Below, piece after piece: positions 39,948 to 51,195 of a stretch of 64,000 bases of DNA (position 1 is its first letter; each line of letters starts with the position of its first letter). The stretch is from assembly GCA_963667035.1 (NCBI GenBank), contig OY762964.1, forward strand, positions 2,816,001 through 2,880,000, read 5' to 3'. A program made the translations under genes and the position numbers. The notes below the pieces were generated by a model. That model was not told where the DNA came from and did no database searches. It worked only from the letters and a program-made list of their open reading frames with translations. Source of the DNA: Candidatus Cloacimonadales bacterium. GTDB lineage: Bacteria > Cloacimonadota > Cloacimonadia > Cloacimonadales > JAFGVF01.

Positions 39948-42197
39948 ATGAAGAAGATTATCATACCGGTAATTCTTTTCACACTATTTTTATCTTTATA
40001 CGCACAAGTAGAGGAATATTCCCCTATCGGCAAAATGTCCGATATTGGAAAAACTTTTAGAAACAGCTCTCGCCCTGCATTAAGAACATCAACTTATGAT
40101 TGGGAAATGGGATTTAATCCAATAATAGCAAACGATGCTAGTTATTGGGATTATATGGTTGGTACATATAATAGTACTCCTTTCCATAAACAACCTGATA
40201 ACATAGGTGGTGGTTATTACTATTCATATATGGGTAAATCCAGTTCTACAGCAGTAGGTAGAGCTCATTATGGTTACATGGATAGTGACTATAACATTCA
40301 AAATGATGATACTTTCTCACTATTCAACCGTTTAGAATGGTTTCCAGATAGCGTAATAGACGCAAATGGAAAGATGTTAATCTGCTATCACTCAGATTCT
40401 GATAATGACGGTTCTTACGAGCAACATTATGGATATGACCCTTTCTTTGCTAATATTCCCGGTATTCCATCTTCTGAAATAGATCTTATAGATAATCCTA
40501 TTCAGTTTAACGGTGTAAGTGATAATTATTTTACTTGGGGACAAATCAAAGTTGGAGAATCACCCCTTGGAAGTCCATATCAGAGAGTATATATTTTAAC
40601 TAGAAATAGAGTATCTCATTCAGTAATTGATGAGCAAACAGGTTCTCCAAAACCAAGTGAAAACCCATATATAGCTTATGCAGATTATGTACCGGATGAT
40701 CTTGATTTCGGAAATGCTCTTACTTGGAGCTATACTTCTATTCCTACTCTCAATGCTTGGAACGTTGATGATGTAGAATGGAGAAGACCTCTCATGGCTT
40801 TCTATTTAGGTACAGGAGCTCTTGAAGGTAAACTTTTCTACATGGGCTCTGCTGTTGGTGATTTAGAAGATGGAGAAGATAATTTTTACGTCTTTATTCA
40901 CGATAATTATGGTAATCCGGATACTGAGTGGAGACAGTTAACATTTAACACTGACTATCCTCTTGAGAATCCTCAAGATATTAATAACAATTATTATTTT
41001 GTTGATGAAGATAACAATAATGCACCTTACACTCTCCATTGGGGTATAGTGAATACAAATCACTTCAATATTACTGTAGATCAAGATAACAATTTGCACA
41101 TGCCTGCAACATTCTGTGTTAACTCACAAACTGGTTCATATTTCATCTATTTCCACAATGTAAAGGATATTATTTTCAATACAAGTACAGAAACCTTAGA
41201 TATTGTGGATGTATTCCCTCAGAGTAGTAATCCTAATGCCATGTACAATCCTTGGGATGAAGATGGAGATGGAAGTGTTGACCAGTATTGGGATGATGGG
41301 ACCTATGATGATATTGATGATGGTATTACTCCTGATAGTGAGGACTACGGTAAGATTAGAACAAATACATTATGGCCTTTCTTGTACTGGGATAAAGATA
41401 GTCATGAAGAAGCAATGTTCTTCCATTTAAATCTCCTTAAGATGACTAATGCCAATGAACATGGTGTTATGGCTATGATGTGGCATGATTCCAAAGCTGC
41501 TGTAGATTATAACGAAAGTGATTTATCATATTGGGAGCCTTATGCTGAGCAAAGTGAGTTATATGTAGCTGTTAGTGGAGATAATGGTCATACATGGCAA
41601 CCACCTTATGCTTTAAGTAGTGTAGATGTTGCTGATGATTTCTGGTATACTGATGATGGTCAATACCTTGGTTTTAGTGAAACTCACGAATATGTACCTG
41701 AATGGGAAAATATGAGACCACAGTATGTTACTCCATGTCCTGACATCGAATTCATGGGTACTGAAGACAATAACATTGAAAGACATAGAATGTTAATGTT
41801 CTTCTATGATGATCCTATATGGGGTTCTTCAGAACACGCTGTAGGATTAAGTGAATCAGGTCAGGTAGTTATTAATGCAATAGATTTTCTGTTACCTGAA
41901 AGCGTAGATAATGATGAAGAAATAAATACATTACCTGCAATTACTGAAGTATCAAACTATCCAAATCCGTTCAATCCTGAGACAACAATCAAGTATTCTA
42001 TTAAGAACTCTGGAAATGTTAAGCTTTCAGTTTATAACCTTAAAGGTCAGAAGATTGAAACTCTTGTAAATGAGAATCAAAACCCCGGTGAACATACTAT
42101 TGTTTGGGATGCTGCTAATCATGCAAGTGGTATATATTTCTATAAACTGCAAGCAGGAACTTACACAAGAACTAAGAAAATGATTCTGATGAAATAA
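39948..42197 (+). CDS. Secreted acidic protein with a C-terminal T9SS/FlgD-Ig-type sorting domain
   Basis: SD GGAGG, signal peptide MKKIIIPV, DxDxDG motifs, SNYPNPFNPETT...ASGIYF...TKKMILMK. Confidence 0.85.
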   Translation: MKKIIIPVILFTLFLSLYAQVEEYSPIGKMSDIGKTFRNSSRPALRTSTYDWEMGFNPIIANDASYWDYMVGTYNSTPFHKQPDNIGGGYYYSYMGKSSSTAVGRAHYGYMDSDYNIQNDDTFSLFNRLEWFPDSVIDANGKMLICYHSDSDNDGSYEQHYGYDPFFANIPGIPSSEIDLIDNPIQFNGVSDNYFTWGQIKVGESPLGSPYQRVYILTRNRVSHSVIDEQTGSPKPSENPYIAYADYVPDDLDFGNALTWSYTSIPTLNAWNVDDVEWRRPLMAFYLGTGALEGKLFYMGSAVGDLEDGEDNFYVFIHDNYGNPDTEWRQLTFNTDYPLENPQDINNNYYFVDEDNNNAPYTLHWGIVNTNHFNITVDQDNNLHMPATFCVNSQTGSYFIYFHNVKDIIFNTSTETLDIVDVFPQSSNPNAMYNPWDEDGDGSVDQYWDDGTYDDIDDGITPDSEDYGKIRTNTLWPFLYWDKDSHEEAMFFHLNLLKMTNANEHGVMAMMWHDSKAAVDYNESDLSYWEPYAEQSELYVAVSGDNGHTWQPPYALSSVDVADDFWYTDDGQYLGFSETHEYVPEWENMRPQYVTPCPDIEFMGTEDNNIERHRMLMFFYDDPIWGSSEHAVGLSESGQVVINAIDFLLPESVDNDEEINTLPAITEVSNYPNPFNPETTIKYSIKNSGNVKLSVYNLKGQKIETLVNENQNPGEHTIVWDAANHASGIYFYKLQAGTYTRTKKMILMK

Positions 42198-42223
42198 GCG
42201 TCAGATAATAATCTTATATAAAG

Positions 42224-42260
42224 AATACAGGCTGTTGGTCTCCAACAGCCTGTGTTTTAT
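42224..42260. terminator. Intrinsic terminator between convergent genes
   Basis: ACAGGCTGTTGG-TCT-CCAACAGCCTGT followed by a T-rich tract. Confidence 0.9.
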
Positions 42261-42289
42261 TTCACTATTACTAAAGTTAATAAACTAAT

Positions 42290-42841
42290 TTATAGTAACA
42301 ATCTTAATGTTTCAAGTGAGTTCTTTGGGTACTTCTCATCAAGGACATAGTGGTTTATTTTAAAATCAGCTTGATTTAGAAGTTTTTCTAATTCCTGTAC
42401 AAATATACCCTTTCCAGGTATTTTAGTTGATTCTTCAAGTAGTTTTGCGTAACCATCGGCACTATTCACACCTTTCCAGTTCTCTCCCTTTGTTACTTTG
42501 GTTAGTCCACAGCTTGGACTTCCCTCTACAAAGATAATCCCTTCGATATGATATCCGTTATCACTATAGTCTTGAATCTGATGCAAAATCGGTTTAAAAA
42601 GCTTTTGGCAATGCTCCCTGAATGCAGGGAAGTCGAACTGATCCCTCACATGAGCCCATCTGCTTATTCCGAAATAGGTCATTTCAGGGCATGGCAGCTG
42701 AATGATTCCATAATCCTTTTCAACCAGTATCTGTAAAAGCTCTTTATGAACTCCGGGGAAGGGATTTATCCCTTCCACTTTAGAGTTAACATTTAAAAGA
42801 CAATGTGATATAAGTATTATCTTACGAGCTCTGTCCGACAT
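42290..42841 (-). CDS. DUF523/TudS-related putative desulfidase (CD3072-like)
   Basis: SHCLLN, QLPCPE, GSPSCG and GKGIF Cys motifs. Confidence 0.8.
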   Translation of the reverse strand: MSDRARKIILISHCLLNVNSKVEGINPFPGVHKELLQILVEKDYGIIQLPCPEMTYFGISRWAHVRDQFDFPAFREHCQKLFKPILHQIQDYSDNGYHIEGIIFVEGSPSCGLTKVTKGENWKGVNSADGYAKLLEESTKIPGKGIFVQELEKLLNQADFKINHYVLDEKYPKNSLETLRLLL

Positions 42842-44884
42842 TTACAGTTCTTCTCCATCAAGAGGTTTATTGAATTCTTCGGTTCCGGGAACAACAAATC
42901 TACCGTCTCTGATGATATCCAGTTTCTCTCCTGTTGGTGTAATAGCAGTAATGAATCCCAATTCTTCATAAGGAAGAGTAATATCGGTATGAACTCCTGT
43001 ATATGCTTGTTGAGGGTCTTCTTTACGCTTAGCGGACATTTCATTATCTCTGGCAGTAACTTCTTTCTTATCAATTGGATTATATGTTGGGAAATCTTCT
43101 TCCCAACTGAAACAAGTATCACCAATCGCAAAATGAGGTCCCATTTTCTCAATAATGAGCACCGGAAGCACATCAAGAATGTCAAACTTCTTCGCCATTA
43201 CGTGGGCTAAAGTATTTGTGCCAATAGCAAACTCACCGATAGGGAGAGTTTTATGTGGGAAGAGTAGATTCTCTTCTATATATTTCTTATTCTTAGTTTC
43301 ATCTTCATTATTGGTACAAGTGTAATCCGCAACAAATCCGTCTTTAAAAGTAAGCTTCAGGTTTTCAAACTTTAGTCCGTTAAGGAAGGTTTCTTTTATA
43401 TGCAAGACACCGTCGGTACCTGTAAGTTTAGGGGATGTAAACACTTCACCAACCGGTATATTCACATCTGCACCACAATTCACAAAGTTAGAATGCTTGG
43501 ATGGATCTTCCAAGTTCTGCATCATAACCATAATATCGGTTTCATTCCCGTCAGTACCTTTAACATGAACTTTCTCAGCTAAGTCAAGTCTATCAATAAT
43601 CTTTTGTTGAATGCTTTCCCATTTCTCTGTATCGAGCATATTAACTTCAGCAGTTGCTTCATATATCTCCTCGAATCTGTCACCAATTTCAGGGGTTGGA
43701 AATCCAATAATACAGAAACTGGTTTCTTTACGTGGAATGTATTTCTGCATAATCTGACTTGATTTTACTCTACTTGTTTGGCTAAGCTTGGTTTGTTCCG
43801 GAGTAAACTTGAGACATTCAGGTTTCTGTTCAGGTTTGAAAGGCTTCTCTCCAAAGTTATCAAAGTATACAGGTCCTGCATATAGAGATAAAATTTCTGC
43901 ATTAGCTTCAGATCTTATTGCATAACGCTCAATTGATTTATTAACGAATTCCTCGTTATAGAAGAATGCTGAGCTGAATCTATGATCATAATTGAATTGT
44001 TTATTTGCAGTAGTTGAGGACACTCTTGAGAAGAATGGCTTCAAATCATATTTTTTAAGACATTTTAATACAGCCTTTGCGAGTCTTTCTTGTCCTATGC
44101 TATAAATCAGATTATAGGTTTTCTTCTTGGATAAGTCTTTGTTAGAAAGAGTGAATCCTCGAATAAAACCTTTTGCTGTGCATTCTGCTAGTCTTTGGAG
44201 TTTATCTTCCGGATAACTACGCATAAAATCAGCTATCTTTACTTCATTTTCAGAAATGTAATTACCATACTGATAAAGGTATCTGTTATCGGAGAAATCT
44301 GCGTTGTTAATAATCTTATAATTCTTTCCATATTCAGGAGTCCACATAGCTTTATGGCTTATGATATCAAGTTCTTCATCAAAGATGTCTATTGTTGCAA
44401 CGATATGATTTTTAATACTATCATAATCTTCTTTTCCGCTTCTAATAAGCTCATCAAGTCCAACAAGGTTCTTCATCCATTTAAGGTTAAGGAAGCATTT
44501 ATTAGAGAAGATATAGCTTTTAAAGCCAAAGAAAATGTTGTAGTAGAATGAGAGCATTTGTCCCATTCCATCGCCAAATTCAGAAACTGCATAAGTTGGA
44601 TTCAATATACTGTAGTTATAGTTATCTCCCAATATCTCAGAGAAAATAGTTTCATTGGTTTTTTGAAGTTGTTCAAGAGTATATTTCTTGTAATACTCAT
44701 CATCAAATTTTAACTCAAGTTCCCTTGCAGCTATGGCTTTAACTGCACATTTGTTAACAAACTGGAGGAGCTTATTATCCGTCTTTTCGTTTTTAATAAT
44801 GATGTTTTGTATTTGTTCCCAAGTTTGGGTATACTCGTTTAATGTTTCTTGTCTTTTCTTATCAAAGATTTCCTGTAGTTGCAT
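42842..44884 (-). CDS. M29-family metalloaminopeptidase with a long N-terminal extension
   Basis: NIPVGEVFTSP, IGEFAIGTN, EKMGPHFAIGD, HTDITLP. Start moved to ATG 44884 after GGAG. Confidence 0.85.
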   Translation of the reverse strand: MQLQEIFDKKRQETLNEYTQTWEQIQNIIIKNEKTDNKLLQFVNKCAVKAIAARELELKFDDEYYKKYTLEQLQKTNETIFSEILGDNYNYSILNPTYAVSEFGDGMGQMLSFYYNIFFGFKSYIFSNKCFLNLKWMKNLVGLDELIRSGKEDYDSIKNHIVATIDIFDEELDIISHKAMWTPEYGKNYKIINNADFSDNRYLYQYGNYISENEVKIADFMRSYPEDKLQRLAECTAKGFIRGFTLSNKDLSKKKTYNLIYSIGQERLAKAVLKCLKKYDLKPFFSRVSSTTANKQFNYDHRFSSAFFYNEEFVNKSIERYAIRSEANAEILSLYAGPVYFDNFGEKPFKPEQKPECLKFTPEQTKLSQTSRVKSSQIMQKYIPRKETSFCIIGFPTPEIGDRFEEIYEATAEVNMLDTEKWESIQQKIIDRLDLAEKVHVKGTDGNETDIMVMMQNLEDPSKHSNFVNCGADVNIPVGEVFTSPKLTGTDGVLHIKETFLNGLKFENLKLTFKDGFVADYTCTNNEDETKNKKYIEENLLFPHKTLPIGEFAIGTNTLAHVMAKKFDILDVLPVLIIEKMGPHFAIGDTCFSWEEDFPTYNPIDKKEVTARDNEMSAKRKEDPQQAYTGVHTDITLPYEELGFITAITPTGEKLDIIRDGRFVVPGTEEFNKPLDGEEL

Positions 44885-45028
44885 ATAAAACTCCAATTAG
44901 TAGTATTTTTCTACTCCCATTCAATCATATAGTTCTAGCTGTAAAGCTTTTTTATTAATTAGTGCAACATTATGCTACAAAATAACATTCCATTGCTTAT
45001 GATGTGTGTATATTCGTATATTTGATAA

Positions 45029-45058
45029 ATAAAAGGCTGATGATATAATCATCAGCCT
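45029..45058 (-). terminator. Intrinsic terminator of the porX-containing operon
   Basis: AGGCTGATGAT-ATA-ATCATCAGCCT with a T-tract on the minus strand. Confidence 0.85.
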
Positions 45059-45077
45059 CCAGTAAACAATTTACACT

Positions 45078-46634
45078 TTAATCTTTTGGAGTCAGAATAG
45101 CAACGGGTAATATCATTTCCTCCATAGAGATTCCTCCATGTTGGAATGTTCCGTTGAATTGATTCTGATAGAAGTGAAAGGAATTAGGATATACAAAGAA
45201 GTAATCATCTTTTGCAAAAGAGAAATTATCCACAATGCTTCTTTCAGGTAAACCAAGATCACTTGGATTCTTTATGAAATAGGCATGTTTAGGATTAGCA
45301 GTTAAATTCTTACCCTCTTTGTACCTTAATGTTACCGAGGTTCTCTTATCTCCATAGATTTGAGTAGCCCTATTAACTTTAATTGAGCCGTGATCTGTAG
45401 TTATAATCACATTGGCTTTTTGCTGACTCATGAGTTTCAAGGCTTCATAGAGGGATGAATGCTGGAACCAGTGTTTTGTAAAGGCCCTCAAAGCTTCTTC
45501 ATCCGGAATAGTCTCTTGAAGGATAGTATCTTTAGACCTGTGATGAGCAACAAGATCCAGAAAATTATACACAAGGACAACCAGTTTTTCTTTATTCCAA
45601 GTGTTTATTTTTCTGAGAACATAATTCCCTTCTTCCATGTTGAATATCTTAACATATTTGGTTGAAGGAGAGACTGAATTCCCCAAATCTTTCAGAAGTT
45701 CATCAAGTAACTGGTGTTCATTTCTATTCCTACTGTTGTCAGATTCATTATCTTCAGCCCAATAATCAGGGAATCTATTAGCAATATCTTCAGGTAGAAG
45801 ACCGCTAAATATAGAGTTTCTTGAGTAAGGGGTAGCAGTGGGCAGTATACTGAAATACTTCTTCTCATCAACATTAAATAATTTTGAAATGTATGGTTCC
45901 ATAACCTTGTATTGATCCAATCTCATACAATCAAGAATAATAAAATAAGTAGGACGATTAGAATCTAAAAACGGAACAACATATTCACTTATAATATCAA
46001 AGGAAAGGTTCGGTCTATCATCAGATTGTAACCATCTTTTATAGTTATATTCAACGAAGTTACAGAATTCGGAGTTGCAATTTCTTTTTTCAAGAAAGTG
46101 TGTTTGCTTAAGAACTTGATCGTTAACGGTATCGAGTTTCATATCCCAATCAACAAATTGGTCATAAATATCATACCATTCTTCATAGGTTGGAGACATA
46201 TTAATTCTACCATTAATCTGAGCTATGAACCTGGCATAGTCTTCCCCAATCTTGTTTTGGCGAATTTCATCAGATTGAAAGATTTTCTTTATTGCCATGA
46301 TAATTTGATTAGGATTGATAGGTTTTATAAGATAATCGGCTATTTGACTTGCAATAGCCTTATCCATTAAGCCTTCTTCTTCACTTTTAGTAACCATTAT
46401 AATCGGTAAATTGGCATTTATATTCTTAATTTCTTTAAGAGTTGTTAAACCATCAAGTCCCGGCATCATTTCATCGAGTATTACCAGATCGAATCTATCT
46501 TTTAAAACTAAGTCAATAGCATCGGAACCGTTTGAAGCGGTTATGGTTTCAAATCCCTTTTTCTCTAAGAAAAGAACAAAAGGTCTTAGGAATTGAACTT
46601 CATCATCTACCCATAGGATTCGCATTTTTCGCAT
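45078..46634 (-). CDS. porX: PorX-like response regulator (receiver domain plus PglZ/alkaline-phosphatase-like domain)
   Basis: ILWVDDE, LDEMMPG, MVTKSEEE, DCMRLDQ, LPTATPYSRN, TTDHG, FQHGGISMEEM. Confidence 0.88.
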   Translation of the reverse strand: MRKMRILWVDDEVQFLRPFVLFLEKKGFETITASNGSDAIDLVLKDRFDLVILDEMMPGLDGLTTLKEIKNINANLPIIMVTKSEEEGLMDKAIASQIADYLIKPINPNQIIMAIKKIFQSDEIRQNKIGEDYARFIAQINGRINMSPTYEEWYDIYDQFVDWDMKLDTVNDQVLKQTHFLEKRNCNSEFCNFVEYNYKRWLQSDDRPNLSFDIISEYVVPFLDSNRPTYFIILDCMRLDQYKVMEPYISKLFNVDEKKYFSILPTATPYSRNSIFSGLLPEDIANRFPDYWAEDNESDNSRNRNEHQLLDELLKDLGNSVSPSTKYVKIFNMEEGNYVLRKINTWNKEKLVVLVYNFLDLVAHHRSKDTILQETIPDEEALRAFTKHWFQHSSLYEALKLMSQQKANVIITTDHGSIKVNRATQIYGDKRTSVTLRYKEGKNLTANPKHAYFIKNPSDLGLPERSIVDNFSFAKDDYFFVYPNSFHFYQNQFNGTFQHGGISMEEMILPVAILTPKD

Positions 46635-46752
46635 TTACACCTACCTTTAACATTTAGTAACTATACTTTTCAAGTGAGATAAGACATTTTTTAATGTCTT
46701 TTATAATTAGCACTTGATATTAATAAAGGTAAAATCTTTTTCACAGCTCAAA

Positions 46753-47379
46753 TTATACGGGTTGACCTCCTTCAGAAGCTTCATCTTCAAAACGACGTTG
46801 ACGCTCTTTGACAAGTAGTTTGATCTCATCTAAATCTGCATCCTGGAAATACAGAGCAAGTTTAAAATCCAGTTCTTTTCTTGAGCAATTGAAGAATGTG
46901 ACCATATTCTCAAGATATTGTTCAATCAACAGGTCTTTAAAAGAGCGTTTATTTTCTTTCTCATTTTGTCTAATCTCTTTAATCTTCTCTTTTAAATCGG
47001 CTGTATTCATTGCTTTTGCAGTTTCAATCCATTCTTCCTGCTCAGCATAATTCTCTGCTTTATCAACAAAGGTCTTAACCATGTTCATTCTATCATGTCC
47101 GATTTCTTTAACTGTTTCTTCGTCAATATCAAGCTCTTCCACGAATAACTCGTAATTGTTTATAAGCTTTGTTGCAACAGTTGAGGACATGTTATATTCA
47201 CTCTCAATGAATTCTTTGAAGGTCTTGTAGCCTTTAATTTTAAAACTGCCTTTTCTTTTAACATCGGAGAGAATCTGACCAAGCATCAGATAGTTCTCTT
47301 CCAATGATTTTTTTAGATTATGGATTGAATCGAATTTTTCTTGCGGAGTCATCTCCATTGAAATCTCTTTGTTTTCCAT
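46753..47379 (-). CDS. Conserved hypothetical protein; N-terminal half resembles DUF3102 / Borrelia PFam49 (ParZ)-like DNA-binding proteins
   Basis: LGQILSDVK...GYKTFKEFIESEYNMS...ATKLINNYELF pattern; directly abuts panB. The family resemblance is from memory only. Confidence 0.5.
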   Translation of the reverse strand: MENKEISMEMTPQEKFDSIHNLKKSLEENYLMLGQILSDVKRKGSFKIKGYKTFKEFIESEYNMSSTVATKLINNYELFVEELDIDEETVKEIGHDRMNMVKTFVDKAENYAEQEEWIETAKAMNTADLKEKIKEIRQNEKENKRSFKDLLIEQYLENMVTFFNCSRKELDFKLALYFQDADLDEIKLLVKERQRRFEDEASEGGQPV

Positions 47380-48192
47380 TTAAACCTCTTTATCTACTGG
47401 AAAGTAAACATGCTTTTGTTCCGGGAAACTATTACTCTTTACTTCCTTGTTGTATTCAGTGATTGCCGATTTTATTTCAATGCCTAAATCAGCGTACTTT
47501 TTTAAAAACTTTGGTGTCAAATCTGTCAACCCGAGAATATCATGATACACCAATATTTGTCCGTCAGTGTATCTTCCAGCTCCTATTCCTATAGTGGGAA
47601 TCGTCAGTTTTTCTGTAATTTCTTTACCTAACTTTTCCGGTATTCCTTCAAGGACAAGCATGAAAGCACCTGCTTTCTCAACCTCAATTGCCTGATTAAT
47701 CATTTCATCGTAATCAGCTTGGTTTTTACCTTGAACTTTATATCCGCCGAATTTATTAACCGATTGAGGGGTGAGTCCCAAATGTGCTACAACAGGTATC
47801 TCACAATCGACAATTGCTTTGATTGCTTCAAGGCGTGATTCAGTTCCGCCTTCCAGTTTAACAGCATTAGCACCTGCTTCTATAATCAGTCTAAAGGCAT
47901 TCTCTTTAGTTTTTTGATTGGAAATATGATAGCTTTTATAGGGCATGTCTGCTACTATAAATGTATTTTTTGTGCTTCTTTTTACTGCTTTGGTATGGTG
48001 TAAGATATCCTCAATTGTAACTTGTATGGTTGAGTCATATCCCAAGACTACCATTCCAAGACTATCTCCAACAAGGATAAAATCAACTTCTGCTTCTTCG
48101 GCAAGTTTTGCCGAGGAATAATCATAAGCGGTTAATGATGATATTAACTGCCTTTTTTCTTTCATTTTAGGAAAGTCTTTAACTGTTAACAT
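47380..48192 (-). CDS. panB: 3-methyl-2-oxobutanoate hydroxymethyltransferase
   Basis: LTAYD, LVGDSLGM, ADMP, VKLEGG, HLGLTPQ, GIGAG..TDGQILV. Confidence 0.98.
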   Translation of the reverse strand: MLTVKDFPKMKEKRQLISSLTAYDYSSAKLAEEAEVDFILVGDSLGMVVLGYDSTIQVTIEDILHHTKAVKRSTKNTFIVADMPYKSYHISNQKTKENAFRLIIEAGANAVKLEGGTESRLEAIKAIVDCEIPVVAHLGLTPQSVNKFGGYKVQGKNQADYDEMINQAIEVEKAGAFMLVLEGIPEKLGKEITEKLTIPTIGIGAGRYTDGQILVYHDILGLTDLTPKFLKKYADLGIEIKSAITEYNKEVKSNSFPEQKHVYFPVDKEV

Positions 48193-48669
48193 TTATTTAC
48201 CTTTTACCTCATTGTCCGGTTCTGCATCAAGCTCAGCATCTTCAATATCACTTTCTTCACGACTATCATCATTGCTTAATTGAGTGTCGTAATTGAGCTT
48301 GCCATCCTTGAACATTAGGTTATAAATATATACTCCATTCTCATACCATGCTGAGTAATTACCATTAAGCTTACCCAGTTTATAATTTGCAGAAAGCAGT
48401 TTTTCTCCACTTTCATACCATTCAAATGTCGGACCGTTTAACATGCCTTTTTTGTAAGAAACCACAGACTTAAGTTTGTCATTTTTATATCTTTCGTATG
48501 AAATCCCGGTAAATGGATTAGCATTGAGAAAAACTCTTCCATCGATCATATTCAATGTCTCTGTTTTTATTGCTTCATCAGGTAACTCATAAACATCAAT
48601 GGGTAAATCTTCAGCAATAATCTTAACCGTCACTAACAAAACCAGCAATATTAAACAATGTTTTAACAT
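48193..48669 (-). CDS. Exported MORN-variant repeat protein
   Basis: Signal peptide, repeats YKKGMLNG / WYESG / YKLGKLNG / WYENG / FKDGKL. Confidence 0.75.
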   Translation of the reverse strand: MLKHCLILLVLLVTVKIIAEDLPIDVYELPDEAIKTETLNMIDGRVFLNANPFTGISYERYKNDKLKSVVSYKKGMLNGPTFEWYESGEKLLSANYKLGKLNGNYSAWYENGVYIYNLMFKDGKLNYDTQLSNDDSREESDIEDAELDAEPDNEVKGK

Positions 48670-48735
48670 GGTTCCTCCCCGATTAATCGAATAATCAAGA
48701 TAAATCCTTATGCTGTAAATAATAATCCGATATAA

Positions 48736-49857
<1,122 letters not shown>

Positions 49858-51195
49858 TTACTCCTTTATCTCCATAGGGGTTACACTCTGACTTGAATCT
49901 GATTTTATGGACATGTTACGTTTAAAAATCTGACTAAAATCACTGTAGAAAGCAAACACCATTAACGATAACAGCAAGATTAATCCCATTTGTTGGAGGA
50001 ACATTTGTACTTTCACTGATAATGGACTTCCTGTCAGACCTTCTATTAAATAGAAAAAGAACTGACCGCCATCAAGTATCGGAATCGGTAAAAGGTTCAT
50101 GACCATTAAAATGAGACTTAATGCAGCCACAAATCCTACCAGACTATCTATTCCCTTACTGGTAGATCTTTGGGCAAGAGAGTACATCATAACAGGACCG
50201 CCTACACTGGATTTAATTGTTTGCGGATTTTTTATCAGATAATACATTCCGGTATAGTTAGCTGCTATGAAATTCACTGTCATATTTCCTGCATTTTTGA
50301 TACATACCAATGGGGTATATCTTTCTTTATACTTTACCGGCATAAACTGAGTTATACCAATCATTTTTTGTCCGTTCGAGAGGGCATTCTCTTCAAGATT
50401 TATTGTTTTCAGAAGTAACACGCTATCTCTTTTTACCTTAAAGTTTAGAAATGATTTGTCACTATTAACAATCGCAAGTCTCATCTCAGCCCAATTGTTA
50501 ACTTTCTTACTATCAACTTCAAGTATCTCGTCTCCGGTTTTTAAACCTGCCCTAAATGCCGGCATACCCGGAGAAACTTCTCCAACTTTAGGAGGTATGG
50601 AAGGACGAAGGAAGGTAACCCATTTTTCCGATGAGATAGGTTCTGTATCAATATTTAGTTTTTTACCGTTTCTCTCTAAAGTAAAATGGTTAGGCTTATC
50701 ATCATTAAGAAACTCCAAAACCTGGTTAAATCCATTAATACTATGATTGTTAACCGAAATGATTTCATCACCGTTCTTGAAGTATGATGAATAGAGGGAA
50801 TCAGCTTCTGATATAACGGGATAGTGGTCCTCATAATACTTACCCATACCAAACATTAAGACAAATAGTAAAAATCCAAAGATAAGGTTAAAAAAGGGAC
50901 CGCCTAAGGTAATTAAAGCTCTTTTCCACCAAGCTTTTTCAGAGAAAGAATCTTGATCTGCTTTTTTCTCGTCAGCATTCTCTCCTTTCATTTTTACATA
51001 TCCACCCAAGGGTAAAAGAGAGATTCTGTATTCAGTTGTTTTAGTCTTATAAGCAAATATTTTAGGCCCGAAGCCTATGGAGAACTTTTCAACATATACC
51101 CCAAACAGTTTTGCAACTATTAAATGACCGAATTCATGTACTGTTACCAATACTCCTAATGATATTCCGAAAATAAGTAAGTTTATGATAGTCAA
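49858..51195 (-). CDS. rseP: RIP metalloprotease RseP
   Basis: HEFGH, FSIGFGP, PLGGYVKM, two PDZ domains, NLLPIPILDGG. Confidence 0.97.
   Translation of the reverse strand: MTIINLLIFGISLGVLVTVHEFGHLIVAKLFGVYVEKFSIGFGPKIFAYKTKTTEYRISLLPLGGYVKMKGENADEKKADQDSFSEKAWWKRALITLGGPFFNLIFGFLLFVLMFGMGKYYEDHYPVISEADSLYSSYFKNGDEIISVNNHSINGFNQVLEFLNDDKPNHFTLERNGKKLNIDTEPISSEKWVTFLRPSIPPKVGEVSPGMPAFRAGLKTGDEILEVDSKKVNNWAEMRLAIVNSDKSFLNFKVKRDSVLLLKTINLEENALSNGQKMIGITQFMPVKYKERYTPLVCIKNAGNMTVNFIAANYTGMYYLIKNPQTIKSSVGGPVMMYSLAQRSTSKGIDSLVGFVAALSLILMVMNLLPIPILDGGQFFFYLIEGLTGSPLSVKVQMFLQQMGLILLLSLMVFAFYSDFSQIFKRNMSIKSDSSQSVTPMEIKE

Noticed and set aside
45078..46634. PglZ domain as evidence of a BREX defence system
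   Set aside because: It is fused to a receiver domain in PorX architecture, and no brxC, pglX or brxL is present.
48193..48669. YwqK-type antitoxin of a toxin-antitoxin pair
   Set aside because: Only MORN-variant repeats with a signal peptide are present; the neighbours are tgt and panB, with no toxin gene.
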